Assembly: GCA_964016885.1 (NCBI GenBank)
Contig: OZ024740.1
Span: forward strand, 102,486,001-102,550,000
From: Eledone cirrhosa
Taxonomy: Eukaryota
Direction of reading: 5' to 3'
Length of the DNA stretch: 64,000 nucleotides
Shown: positions 26,490 to 39,420 of the stretch, one piece after another
Layout: every line of letters starts with the position of its first letter
How positions within the stretch are numbered: the stretch's first letter is position 1
Translations under genes and position numbers: made by a program
Notes under the pieces: generated by a model
Seen by the model: only the letters and a program-made list of their open reading frames with translations
Told to the model about the DNA's origin: nothing
Database searches by the model: none

Positions 26490-28678
26490 CGTGTATATAT
26501 ATTCAATTCCTTCCACCATCACCCTTCTTCCAACATTACCCCCTTATAACTCTACCTCCCTTGCATCACCAGGCCCCACGTAACAGGGGATGGCATTGGA
26601 TTTGTCCATATTCAGTAGCCCCTTACCATTACCCTTCTTTACTGCTAGCTATTGTTTCCGCTCTTCCTTGTTTCTTAACATCACCTACCATCATTGCTAT
26701 CCTATCACACTACTCATGCTGTTTCCCTATTCAATACCTTGCCAACAGCCAATATGTTGCTATCACTGTCTATCTTCTGTTATTTCTCCTACCATCCTCT
26801 CACTCTTATCACTATTTCCTCCATCACTCTCATACTGAGACATCTTTCAGCCTCTCAGTCATGTTTACCTTGAATGAGCAGAGAGAGGGTAGTGTAAAGA
26901 GGACTTTTCAGTCTTTCAAAGGACAACACAAGCTCTGGTGCTGATATCACAATAAAATGCACCTAACACACTCTAATGTGGTTGATGAATGAACATCATC
27001 AACATGAGTTAAAGAGGACATATTCTTAGTGCAGTAGACTACGTAAAGTGAATTTTATTAGTTGCATCAAGCCATAGAAACCATGCCAAAAATGAAATAT
27101 AAGAGAGCAGTAACTATGAATAGGAACTGACTCAGACTATGTCATATTCAACCCAGGCCAGAATAGAAATCAGAAGTAACATGATAATATATATATACAA
27201 TTATACACACACTCACATCAACATACAGAACCCACATTTTTCAACAAACACTAGCAGTAAGTATAAATATATAACATGATATTCAGCAAAAGACATTCAA
27301 CTCTGTTTTATAAACCATTTGTTTGTTTTCATTTGCCTTTTGTTTTGTTATAATCATTATTATTTTGCTTCTCTGTCAGTTTTTCAAAAACTGTATGTCC
27401 TTGTAGTGTTACCTTTTTTTTCTTTTCAGATACTTGTTCATTGAATCTGTGTTCAATAATTATACTTTGATGCATTTAATTTTTTTTCACTTTTAATTTT
27501 GTTTTTTGTTAAACTCTTATGGTGTGTGAATAATAACAATAAAAAGATTACACTAAAATTGATGTAAAGAAAAATATGTTTATGACCAATTTTGTTTTCC
27601 TCCTTGCTAATGCAGCTTTTTCTCTTACAACAATTTTCCAATGCATATGCACATATATCCATCCACCCATGGCTGCCTGAACTCCTGATGGAGTCAGGGA
27701 TGAAGTCATAACATATGGTGGAGGTTATCTCTCTCCAGGTCTGAACACAGCCAATTTCTTCCAGAGAGAGAAAGTAAAAGTAAGTGGGAAAGGGGGAGGG
27801 AGAGGAAAAAGAATAGACCCCAATACAGGGCTGGTACTTTATTGATCTTGATAAGATTAAATGCAAATTGATTCGGCAAGGTTTGCATTTAGAACACAGT
27901 AAGTTGGAATAGATATTGCAAAGCATGCTATCTGAATTTCTAACAGCTCTACAATTCACCAATTCTCTCTCTCTCTCTCTCACATATTAATGCCTGCACT
28001 GAGTAACATATAAAAATTGCTTCAAAGCTAATAGATCAGGAAACATCAAACTCTATCTTGCAATTTTCTGAACACATCTGGGGTCAACTTAATTCATAAA
28101 TGAAAATTCTTAGAATATTACATATATTCCAAAACTGGATGTGCCCGTTGCTATAAGATGCACATTAATATGTAAAAAATTAAAATATCTATAATCTATG
28201 TGTTTACAAATTCAGCATAAAATTAGTGTGTACATTGCTCAGGTGCACTACAACTCATCAAAAGGGCATGTATAGTACATAGAATAATGTACAAATGTCA
28301 GAATAGTGAATAGTGCATGAGTCATGATATACAAACTTACACACACATGTGCGTGTGTAAGGAGGGGGAATATCAGGTGTAGTGTTGGTGAATTTCGGGA
28401 AGCATGGAAGTTTTGAAGGATGCAGTCTCCCGACAGCTAACTGATGCAAGTATTTTGTTCCAAGCTCAACAACTCAGTGTGAAAAAATGTTTCCAAAAGT
28501 CATGGTAAAGTAATTAGCCAGTCACAATAACTGTATTATGTAGTTAATGATCGATATGTTGACACCTGCAGATAACAACTATTAAGTAAGTTCTGTTTCC
28601 TTATGTAGGGTAGGTGCTTCATAATATATAGTTGCCTGGTGATATATATACATTATATGTATATATACATACACAAAC

Positions 28679-28842
28679 TTTAAAATGCTTTTATTGAATA
28701 TTGTCCATTACATACATTTCACAGATGATTGGATTGAGATCTATATTGATGCTGTAGTCAGGTCTGTCACATTGATAGAGAACTTGAGCCAATCATCTGT
28801 GAAACATGTGTAATGGTTGATAACCAATAAAAGCATCTTAAA
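28679..28842. repeat. Imperfect inverted repeat or foldback MITE, about 165 bp
   Basis: taaaatgcttttattg...ccattacatacatttcacagatgattgg pairs with ccaatcatctgtgaaacatgtgtaatgg...caataaaagcatctta. Confidence 0.8.
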
Positions 28843-28964
28843 GCGAAATTTTGTTGTACCAAACTAAATATATACATTCTGCTATAAGCATTGAGTGCTC
28901 ACATTGTTACCACCTCAAGTAATCGACAAAAATTACTATATAACCTAATATATATATGTATATA

Positions 28965-29263
28965 TAAACCTCCCAGCCCCACACTGTAAATGTGGTTGGT
29001 GTTAGGAAGGGCATCCAGCTGTAGAAAACCCGCCAGACTCCACGCTGTAATGTGGCCGTGTAGGCAACACGGTAAAAACCTCCCAGCCCCACATTGTAAA
29101 TGTGGTTGGTGTTAGGAAGGGCATCCAACTGTAGAAAACCCGCCAGACAGTCCTATGCGAGCAAGACAACCACTCTTGCCTCAAGTGGGAAAACCCCCGT
29201 CCAAACCCATGCAAGCGTGGAACACGGACGCTAAACCTGATGATGATGATGATGATGATGATG
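28965..29263 (+). mobile_element. RTE-tailed SINE with a 110-bp internal duplication
   Basis: aaacctcccagccccaca...gtagaaaacccgccagac occurs at 28966 and 29076; (GAT)n tail. Confidence 0.75.
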
Positions 29264-29338
29264 ATAATTGAAATGAACGAACAAAATGCAGGAGACAATT
29301 GTACAGTTATATTAGTTCACACTTGGTGGAAGCGGAGG

Positions 29339-29380
29339 AACTTTCAACGTTTTCGACTTAAGTCCTTCATCAGGTAAGTT
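29339..29380 (-). ncRNA. Degenerate minimal type I hammerhead-ribozyme-like motif (Penelope-associated type)
   Basis: Minus strand reads AACUU-ac-CUGAUGA-ag-GAC-uuaa-GUC-GAAA-acgu-U-g-a-AAGUU. The core and stems I and II are present, but G occupies the cleavage position. Confidence 0.5.
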
Positions 29381-30966
29381 GGGATAGTGGGAGAACGAGA
29401 ACTTCGAGAGGGAGTAAGGAGGGAAGTTACAAAGTAAAGAACACAATATGAAGAGAAAAATAAAAATAAAAATATACATATATATATATATATTGAAAAA
29501 CCACACTTTGTTTTCAATATATACACTCAGCATTAACACAGAATGCTTATTTTGGTACCCATTTCAGTAATCCACGAATCTACTGAACTACCTATTATAT
29601 ATATATGTGTATGTAGTGATGGGGTCACCATTATGTAGTGGATAGATGTATTCTTTTCAGGATGAATGATAAAAAAGAATGATGCAAGAATTGTGATGTC
29701 GACAATGTTTATTTTATAATAACAAAATTCACTTATTGGTACATTGAATATCGAGTAACAAAATCGCGACAGCAATTATCACTACATTATTTGCTGACTA
29801 GCTACTTCGAGCTAGCAAGTATGTATCAATACAATGATACAAAAGAAGTGAAATAAAAGGAAACCGAAAGAGTAGGGAAAAAATATAAGTAAACCTACTT
29901 TGTGTGTGTGTCTATCCCGTAGTTGGTCAATCTGCCGAGCTGGTATGAAATGTGAGAGCCTGTAAGGCCAGGAGAGAGAAAGAGTAAAAGGTCTGTAGAT
30001 AGTGAATGGTTAGATCGTTAACTTCTCACAGGCTGCTGCTTCAGGGTCTCTCTGTTGGATTCCCTAAGTACTTGTATTCATAATAATCCTATAGCTAGAA
30101 GGATGTGTATATGGGTTGATTTATGAGTAGCTATGTGTGTTTCATCTGTCAAGAACCTGGGGTCACCAGTCAAGTTGTATGTACGTTTATCATAGTTGTC
30201 TCTTGACAGGACAATGGTGGGAACTCCCAACAATAGGTGGTTTTAGAGGCAAGGACCCTCAGATTCAGTTTCAAATCTTCACCAGGTAAAACATAGGAGT
30301 ATTCCATTACATATATATATATAAAATGTAACATAGAAGTGACTTCAGAAGCCATTTCTATATTAAATTTTGTATATACTTCACAGACTGAGTCTGTACT
30401 AAAGCGGAGTCACTGACCTTCCAGACAGGCTGGAAGTTTTGTATTTCGCTTACATACAGTTCCACATTCTATCAAGTGCATTTTATTGTGGCACCATCAT
30501 TAGAGAAGTTATCATGTCTTTGACTCAACTGGAGTCCTCCTAATTCTTTGTTTGGCAAGCTTTCTATGACTGAATGCCCTAACTCTATAGTGTGTACTGG
30601 GTGCATTTATTGTTTAGATCACTAGCACTAGAATAGTTGTCATGTCCTTGACACAACTGAAGGGTCCTCCCAAGCCTTTGTTTGGCAAGCATTCTATGGT
30701 TGGATGCCTTTCCTATCACAAACCATTTTGCAGTGCTGCATTTATTGTGTAGATCACCAATACTAGAGAGGCTGTGCCATTGACACAACTAAGGGGTCCT
30801 CTCAACCCTTTTAGGCATGGTTTATACAGCATGTATACACATATACTTATAAAAATAAATACCTACACATAGATCATCATCATTATCGTCATTTTAATGA
30901 CCGCTTTCCCTGCATATATATATACGTATAAACATACACATATAAATACATATATAAACATATGTA

Positions 30967-31086
30967 TATCAAATAAGAGTAGTTAAGATGGGATTATTTC
31001 ACCATAATTGCTTTATTGCATGATATATATTTCATGCAATAAAACAATTATGGTGAAGTAACCATCTTAACTACTCTTATTTGATA
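30967..31086. repeat. Near-perfect 120-bp palindrome
   Basis: tatcaaataagagtagttaagatgg...tttattgcatga / tcatgcaataaa...ccatcttaactactcttatttgata around an 8-nt AT loop. Confidence 0.9.
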
Positions 31087-31359
31087 AATGAATACTCTGT
31101 CATTCCTAATCACCAACTCTTAGCTGGGATAAACTACTGACATGAAGTGCTTTTGGATCACTTGGACCAGCTTATCCACAAGAAGTTACAATGTAACAAC
31201 TGCATATAAGCAATCATCTGCAATATATATATATATAGAAGTAGCTGCTCTACTTGGACCCTTTTCAAGAATCCCATTTCAGCTACTTATATTCATGATC
31301 GTTTTCTTTGTTGGCAAAAACACCAAATTGAACATATGATTGGCTTTTACCTGCCACCC

Positions 31360-33720
31360 AATGATGATTGAGTTCTGAAGCTAGCACATTACTGCACCAA
31401 CTCCTGCAATTCTTGCATTTAATTCAGCCTCCTATTATCACTCATGAAAACTCTCCTGTGATACTTGAATTTCTCCACCTGCTTCAGTGGAACTCCACTC
31501 ACTTTCTGAATGCTCAGACTTTCTCAAGAAGATTAATGTATCAGTCTCCACAGATTTTTTTATTTCTGCCATGCTGTACTCAGCAGCAAACTTACACAGT
31601 ACATATTGGATATCACCTTCCAATGAATTAATTAACACCATATCATCTACAGTTATCAGATAACTGAGGCTAAACCCATCAATTTTGATAGCACTTTCAA
31701 CCTGGCAGCACATATCACGCCTGTTCATGAAGATTATGAACAGAAGATGTGACATTATGTACCCTTAGTGGAATCTGATACCTACATTGAATGGTTTTGA
31801 CTCTACACAATTTATACAACTACAAATACTAGGGCATTCATATAGGGATTTCAAGTCATATGTCTTTTCAATGTCCATGAAAGAAGCATACACCTCATAC
31901 TTCCATGATTTCTCGAAAACATATTTCAGGGTGAATATTTGGCCAGCTGAGTTGCATCCAGGACAGAAACCACACTGTTCATCAGCTAGCTTGGACTCAA
32001 CAATATCCATACATTTCTTTGCCAGACACTTAGCATAAACTTTAACAAGGAGATTCCTCTATAACTAGAGTAATCTATCTTGTCTCTCTTTATGAAAATT
32101 GGAATAATCACTCCCAATTGAAATTGCTTTGGTGCCTTTCCAGTGATCCAGGCCACCTGACACACATAAGTCTGTCAGAGCCACCTTTTCTAGTTAAAGC
32201 TTTTAACCAGAGGCCTTGCCACGTTTGATCACTTTAATTGCTCTGGTGATCTCAGCCTCTGAGAGGTTAGTCTTTGCACTTTATGTACATCAGAAAATGT
32301 TGTTGTGTCCAGATTTAGAGATCAGTAAAATATTCTCTCTACCATGTAAGAATGTACCTCTCTTCCGAGAGAGTCTCAGACAAGTTCCTGGAAGCAGGCA
32401 CAGAGAGAGAATTGTTATGTAGTCGAAAGATGGTCTGCCAGAATACTTTGTTTGTTGATCTGAGACCGCCCATGTCTTAACCTTGGATACCTTTACTATC
32501 TCTACTGAGATATTTTATGTCTGCTTTTATTGTGAGTGCACAAAAGGAAAACTTATTTCCAAGCCAAATCGTGTAAGCCTTCTTCTTTGCTCAGATAACT
32601 TCTTTAACCTGCTGATTGAATCAGGGCCTTCTCCTGTCACCTGGCGCCACACTGAGCCACTTTCACCTGCACCATTTAACAGCTGAAACAGAAATTGCTG
32701 GGTTAAACTGTCTCCACTCTGTTTCAACATTATCAATTTGTTTAGGGAGTTCTCTGAATTTGGATACAATAGTATCTGCAAACCTGAGTCAAGGCTGACC
32801 TGCCATATTGGGACCTTTTCTTAACTTTAGGTAGTTTCAGGTTGCAGATAACTAGATGGTGATCAGTTGACAGCTCAGCACCTCTTTGAAACAAGTATCT
32901 AGCACATTATCAAATAGAACAGAAGCAAAAAATAAAAAAGTTACTGATCTCTGTCACCAATTTCCCTTATTTCATGTATACTTATTATACTTATGGATAT
33001 CTTTGTACTGGAAAAAAAGTGTTCATAATAGAGAGCCCATTACTAGAACAGAAGTCTAATAAGGCCTTTCCATTTGCATTTAGATCAGGACTGTGTTCCT
33101 TCCAACCACTTGTTTCCATGTGCATTGAAATCCTTCAGTAGTGTATATCATTCAGTCTTAACTATATCTAATGCTGCAGTGACTTCATTGAGAAAAATCT
33201 GTATTCTGACTCTGTTTTGGGCACATAAACTTGTACTATCCACAGACTCCTTTCTTCATGAAGCAAATCTTCTCTCCCAATGGGATCCATTCCATACCAC
33301 ATTCCAACAGCTAGGTGCTTGTGATATGAGCATCCCCACACATGCTTGTATAGTCATTTCTGGCACCATACTTGAATAGTGGAGTTTCCATCTTCTATCC
33401 AAATCTACAGCTCCATAGCCATGGAACTTTAATGAAGAAACCCTGACTTTATCTATCTGGTAACATCAGGCCTCTTGCACTAGTTCCTGCTCCTTAATTG
33501 TAAAGGTTATAATATTCAAGTTGCCAGTTGTTGGTGTTTGTTCCCTTCTGGAACCATTTTGGAATTTCAGGATATGTGACCTTTGTGCACCTATCTCAAA
33601 TGAACCAGGACAGGTTGCAAGCCTATCACCAGTCTTTACAGCATTAGATGGAAATGCAATATATTTTTCGAAGTGGATACTCTATCTAAGGCTTGAATGC
33701 ATTCCCTATTGCCTCATGTG
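31360..33720 (-). mobile_element. Heavily decayed RTE-clade LINE (a third family)
   Basis: LADEQCGFCPG...QIFTLKYVFEKSWKY...FMDIEKTYD and MSHLLFIIFM...DDMVL RT remnants; APE-like remnants upstream. Confidence 0.7.
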
Positions 33721-34204
33721 AAGGATGATGCAGTATGATTGTTTTTATTGAATCTGATCCTACTGCAGATTTTGGGGATCTTATTTACATCAGTCATCAA
33801 CTTAGTAATTTTCTCAGACAATCAAAGACTAGGCATTTTTAGTGGCACCCTTTAATCAGCTCATTGTAACTACATTCTGGGTTGTAAGAGTTTTCCTGAG
33901 AGCTAAAAACACATACATTCAAAAGCATTAATATGTCTACTATCAGACAAAGGAAGAGAATTCTGCATCATCAACCAAGAGACTTACACACAACTGGACA
34001 ACTGACACTCAAACTCCTCAGCAATATCATGTTATACAAAATGTTAACAACATCACACCGAGCCAGCTAAAAATCACCATTAACACCAGTTGGACAAAGC
34101 ATACTCACTTCATTTCTCCCCAGCCTCTGTAGTTACTGCCCATGTTTCACTACCATGCAGCATCAAACAGCCGCCCTTTCATTCATAGAGATAATAGCAC
34201 TCTA

Positions 34205-34457
34205 TCTGAAAAATTAATAAGATTATTCGAGACCTGAGAGTAGGTAGTTAAATTGAGTGTTCTTATGGTATAATAATATGCTGTTGTAAATTCTTCAAAG
34301 TTATTAGATTTTTGTTGAATGTAGATAAATATCTGTATATGATATTGTTTATATATATCTCCCTCTTTGAAATAGTTCCTGTTTAGAGCTTGAAAATTAC
34401 AATTATCTCCTATCAGGTCTCAAACAATACATCCTGCCACCTATTAATTTTCCAGAT
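34205..34457. mobile_element. MITE-like element with imperfect terminal inverted repeats
   Basis: tctgaaaaattaataag..attattcgagacctga versus tcaggtctcaaacaatac...ctattaattttccaga. Confidence 0.5.
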
Positions 34458-35439
34458 TTTTTCCACACACACCCCACCACTCTTATTACACCCATCCACC
34501 CCCATTAAATTTTGCTAATCTATCTCCAACGAAATTTTATTTTAAGTGGTAGCGTTCCTGTGACAATTAATTTTCTTTAGACATTAAAAAAACATTATAC
34601 ATGACAAAAAAAGAACATTACATGAAATCCCATACATTATAAAATAAATAGGATGGGCTGGGATCTCAATATGTAAACTAAAACCATTAATTCTGGTTTA
34701 AAAAAAAAAACATCAAGGGAGATAACCTAGAAAAATTATCCATTTTCCAACTCCACCGCTTAGTCCCCTCACTTTTTTATTGGGGGACACGTAAGTACGT
34801 ACCAAAATTGATGTGGAAACGTGGAATATTAGTTTTCTACCTAGAACTTAGTTGTCTCCCTTTAAGAATTAGTTATCTCCCTTTAAAAATTAAATTTCAA
34901 ATCAATGGTTTAATATTTTTTCTTCCTTCACATTAATTTTTAAATAATGACTTTTTGATTATATGAGTGGGTAAGAGAGAAATATTAAGCAAGATGTTAC
35001 CAAGAATCTTGATATTTTCAACAAATAAACTGCATCTGATTTCGTTTGCACTGAGCTGCCTTTTAAATTACTTTTTCTTTTACTGATTTATTTTTTGTTT
35101 TAATATTGCCCGTTCTTCCCCACCCCCATAGAGGTAGAGAGGACTTTTGAGTCCAGTAAGACAACCTCTCTAGTGCTGGTGGCACGAATAATGCACCCAG
35201 TCCATGCTGTAAAGTGGTTAATGATAGGAAGGGCATCCAGCCAGAAAAGCCTGCCAAAAATATGACAAACGCAAATACAATTTTCACTAATTGCAAATAC
35301 AAGGCTAACACTAATAATGTTAGTACTGTGCACAGTAGTAGAGTGGCTTGAGTAGCTATGTGTGAGAGCCCCTCGACTGTCATCAAGCAATTGCACAGCC
35401 TTTTTCCCTTTCAGGTACATAGAAACTCTACCCAAAGAA

Positions 35440-38285
35440 ATAACAGCAACTGTTAAGGTACAAATCTCAGGATTTCCACCTTCAATGTTGGCACCCTGAA
35501 AAGTAAATCAGGTGAAATAGTGGAACAGTTAGAGAGAAAAGAATTAGATATATGCTGTATACAAGAAGTGACATGCAGGGGTGCCTCTGTGAGACTAATT
35601 ACAGGCTAACAACAGAGATATAAACTCTTCTGGGTAGGAAATGACGATGGGGTAGGAGCTGTAGGTATCTTACTATCAGAGAGGTGCGTAGATAAGGTGA
35701 TAGAGCTAGTTAGTGACAGAATCATGGTGACAATTACATCTACCTCTGCTCCACAGGCAGGACTAAGAAGAGACCAAAAGGGCAGGTTCTATGAAGAACT
35801 TTCACAGACAACTTCAGGGACTGATGAAAAAGACATCATCATCCTGGCAGGTGACTTCAATGAACATGTAGGACAGTACCAGGACGGATTATGTAGAGTT
35901 AATGGCAACTAGGGTTATGGCTCAAGAAACCAGCCACAATTTTCAGGAAATTTTCGGGAAACCAGCTAGCAACCTGATTCCATATCAATCAAGAGAACAC
36001 ACAAGCCAAAATGATTACTTACTCATATGACAATGAGATAAATGGACTGTAATAAACACTAAGGCTTCCCTGGGGGGAAATGCGCTGCCCAACACAAATT
36101 AGTTAGTAGTGACATCAAAATAAACACAAGACAAAACAAGGTATGCAGGAAAATAAGGAGACGGAGGGTTGAGAAGCTAAAGAACTTTCAGTTAAATATA
36201 GGTTTAGGAAGGCCCTTACGAGATTCAGTAGATGAGAGAGGTGATGAACTAGGTACATATAAGAAAGATGACAACTGGAAATGCCTACATGATAACCTTT
36301 TGTAAACCACTGACAAGACAGAAAGTGACCTGGTGGTGGAACAGCACAGTAGATGCAGCTATTAAAGCCAAGCGACAGGCATGGAAAGACTGGAAAAATG
36401 GGGGTAGCAGAAACCAGTACTAAGAAAGAAGTTATGCGACAGATATACACATCTCAGGGAGAAGCTGAAGAAAGTAAATTTGTCAATGTCTAGAGACATG
36501 AGGATCAGAGGTGTGAAGTGTTCTGTATTGCAAGACAGTTTGTAAATCGACATGTTGGGGGAAAATGTGTTAGAAATTACACTGGTACACTTAACACCAC
36601 TGATTCTCAAAAGAAAGAGGCCTATGAGAGATTGATGAATGTAGAGAATGAAAGGGAAGAAGAGAAACTACTCCCAACTTACCCAACTATTGAAATTGAC
36701 AGTTATATGGTTAAAGAAGCAATCAAAGAGATGAAGAATAGTAAAGTTACAGGCCCATCAGAGATAGTTGCTCAGATGCTAAAAGCATCAGAAGAAGTAG
36801 GAGTCGAACTTGTAACCTGCATAGTCAAATGGGTAATACAGGGCGGTGTCATACCCAATGTCTGGCACAGCAATACAATCATAAATTGCTACAAGGGCAA
36901 AGGTGATGCTCTAGAAAAGAGAAACTGCAAAGGGATCAAGTTATGAAAGTGACAGAAAGAGTTATAGTGCAGCTAATAAGGGGAAGAGTGAAATTAGATG
37001 AAATGCAGTTTGGTTTTATACCTGGGAAAAGTAATACAGGTGCCTTCTTCTTAGTGAGACAACTATAGAAGTTCCTAGCCACAAATAAGCCACTATATTT
37101 GGCTTTTGTTGATCTAGAAAAGGCTTTGTCAAAGTACCTTAATCCATTATCTGGTGGTCCTCCAGGAAAGTATGTGTAGAAGAATGGCTTGTGAGAGCAG
37201 TGCAAACCATGTACAGAGGAGCTGTCAGTAAAGTGAGAGTAGGATGTGAGTTTAGTGAGGAATTCAAGGTACAGGTAGAAGTTCATGAAGGTTCATCATA
37301 GTCTTCCAGTCCATAACAAAGGAGCTTAAAACTGGCTGTCCATGGGAACTTCTCTATGCAGATGATTTATTTCTTATAGCAGAATCCATAAAACAACTAG
37401 AAAATAAATTCCAACTATGGAAACGGAATTTGGAATCAAAAGGTCTGACAGTAAACTTAGCCAAAACGAAAGTGCTACTGAGTAGGAAAGAAAATAAGAC
37501 CTTGACCACCTCCCCCAGGGAAGTAACCTTCTCAATATGTCAAACAGGAGTAAGCATAAACTTCATAGGGTGTACACAATGGAAATCTTGGGTACACAAA
37601 AGATGTAGTGATATAACAGGTAGACTAACAAGAAAGGAAGACAGTGAATGTAGAAGATGCACTGGAGTAATCAAAGAGAAGAGCAGTAGTTATATAAACC
37701 TCTTTGAGTCACACGAAGGATCCATAGAAGTGGCTGATAACTTCTATTTAAGTGATTTAATTAGCAGTCCAGAAGGGTGCTCTGAGGGCATCGTAGCTAG
37801 AATAAGGACAGGTTGTAAGAAGTTTAAAGAACTACTCCTACTGTTGACAACAAAAGGTTTCTCTCTACGTACAAAAGAATGACTGCATAATGCCTGTGTG
37901 CGAAGTGTGATACTGCATGGTATTGAAACATGGGCAGTGACTGCAGAAGACATGTGTAGGCTGGAGAAAAAGAAGCAGCCATGCTCCCTTGGATGTGCAA
38001 TGTAAATGTGAGAGAAAAGCAGAGCTTGAATGAACTGAAGGAGAAACTGGGTTTAAGAGGAATCTGATGTGGTATTCAGGAGAGAAGACTGCATTGAGAC
38101 AGGCATGTGATGCTCATGGATAATGACTGATGGGTGAAGAAGTGCCAGGAAATGCCAGTGGATGGAAGCTGTAATAAACGTAGACCGAGAAAGACCTAGT
38201 TAGAGGTGGTGAGAGCTGACTGCAAATCGTCCAGCCCATGCAAGCGTGGAAAAATGGACGTAAAAACGATGATGGTGATGATGAG
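35440..38285 (+). mobile_element. Near-full-length, decayed RTE-clade LINE (PHD-bearing family)
   Basis: APE motifs (FNVGTL, ICCIQEV, LAGDFN), RT motifs (YKGKGDALE, FVDLEKA, LLYADDL), PHD remnant (WVHKRC) and a (GAT)n tail; many stops and frameshifts. Confidence 0.9.
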
Positions 38286-38363
38286 TGATGAGGGGGAGAG
38301 AAAGAGAAAAGATAAAGCAAAGTGTGAGATATTATATAAATTTAGATGGCATTTATATAAATA

Positions 38364-38733
38364 AATGTTTCTACTTTAGGCACAAGGCCAGCAATTACCC
38401 AGTGCATTACTGGTACTTTTATTTTTATCGACCCCGTAAGGATGAAAGGCAAAGTCAACCTCGGCGGGATTTGAACTCAGATCGTAAAGGGACGTAACTA
38501 TGCTGGAAAGCATGGTGTCTGACCCTCTACCGATACTGCCAAAAGGCAGGGGATTAGCAGTATCGGTAGAGGGTCAGTCGCCATGCTTTACAGAATAATT
38601 ACGGCCATTTACGGTCTAAGTTCAAATCCCGCCGAGGTTAACTTTGCCTTTCATCCTTACGGGGTCGATAAAATAAAGCATCAGTAATGTACAGTGATAA
38701 TTGCTGGCCTTGTGCCAAAAGTAGAAACAATTA
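38364..38733. mobile_element. Head-to-head pair of family-A SINEs forming a long inverted repeat
   Basis: Minus copy at about 38364-38542 and plus copy at about 38553-38733, separated by about 11 nt. Confidence 0.9.
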
Positions 38734-39420
38734 TATAAATTTAGATAGTCAAGGATATAACTTTACAAAATTTGAAGTAAGACATTGATTAGAAAGGTAA
38801 TTAATATCTTAATAATGTAGTGTGTGCATTATGGGGTCGATAAAATAAAGTACCAGTAATGTACCAGGTAAATTGCTGGCCTTGTGCCAAAAGTAGAAAC
38901 AATTATATAAATTTAGATGGTCAAGGATATAACTTTACAAAATTTGAAGTAAGACATTGATTAGAAAGGTAATTAATATCTTAATAATGTAGTGTGTGCA
39001 TTATGGGGTCGATAAAATAAAGTACCAGTAATGTACCAGGTAAATTGCTGGCCTTGTGCCAAAAGTAGAAACAATTATATAAATTTAGATAGTCAAGGAT
39101 ATAACTTTACAAAATTTGAAGTAAGACATTGATTAGAAAGGTAATTAATATCTTAATAATGTAGTGTGTGCATTATGGGGTCGATAAAATAAAGCACCAG
39201 TAATGTACTAGGTAAATTGCTGGCCTTGTGCCAAAAGTAGAAACAATTATATAAATTTAGATAGTCAAGGATATAACTTTACAAAATTTGAAGTAAGACA
39301 TTGATTAGAAAGGTAATTAATATCTTAATAATGTAGTGTGTGCATTATGGGGTCGATAAAATAAAGCACCAGTAATGTACTAGGTAATTGCTGGCCTTGT
39401 CCCAAAAGTAGAAACAATTA
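38657..39420 (+). repeat. 172-bp tandem repeat, about 4.4 copies (SINE 3' end plus flank)
   Basis: ggggtcgataaaataaag occurs at 38661, 38833, 39005, 39177 and 39349. Confidence 0.95.

Larger units (their letters stand above)
16890..27560 (+). other. Putative long 3'UTR or downstream region of the host gene
   Basis: Extremely AT/U-rich, LINE-free and microsatellite-rich; several AATAAA signals, one at 27538-27543 after a U-rich block. The end point is uncertain. Confidence 0.4.

Noticed and set aside
28060-28160. Minus-strand exon candidate (NGHIQFWN, WD40-like) as partner for the 39606 exon
   Set aside because: All frames stop quickly, the WD-like frame is phase-incompatible with the 39606 donor, and there are no other supporting exons.
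29880-30460. Moderately GC-rich unique-looking sequence, ORF 30170-30355
   Set aside because: No recognisable motif or consistent splice structure; probably an old transposon remnant.
31125-31180. Second hammerhead-like stem (ggataa...ctgacatgaagtg...cactt...ttatcc)
   Set aside because: It lacks the CUGANGA and GAAA core.
38657-39420. CRISPR-like array
   Set aside because: The whole 172-bp unit is repeated, with no variable spacers.
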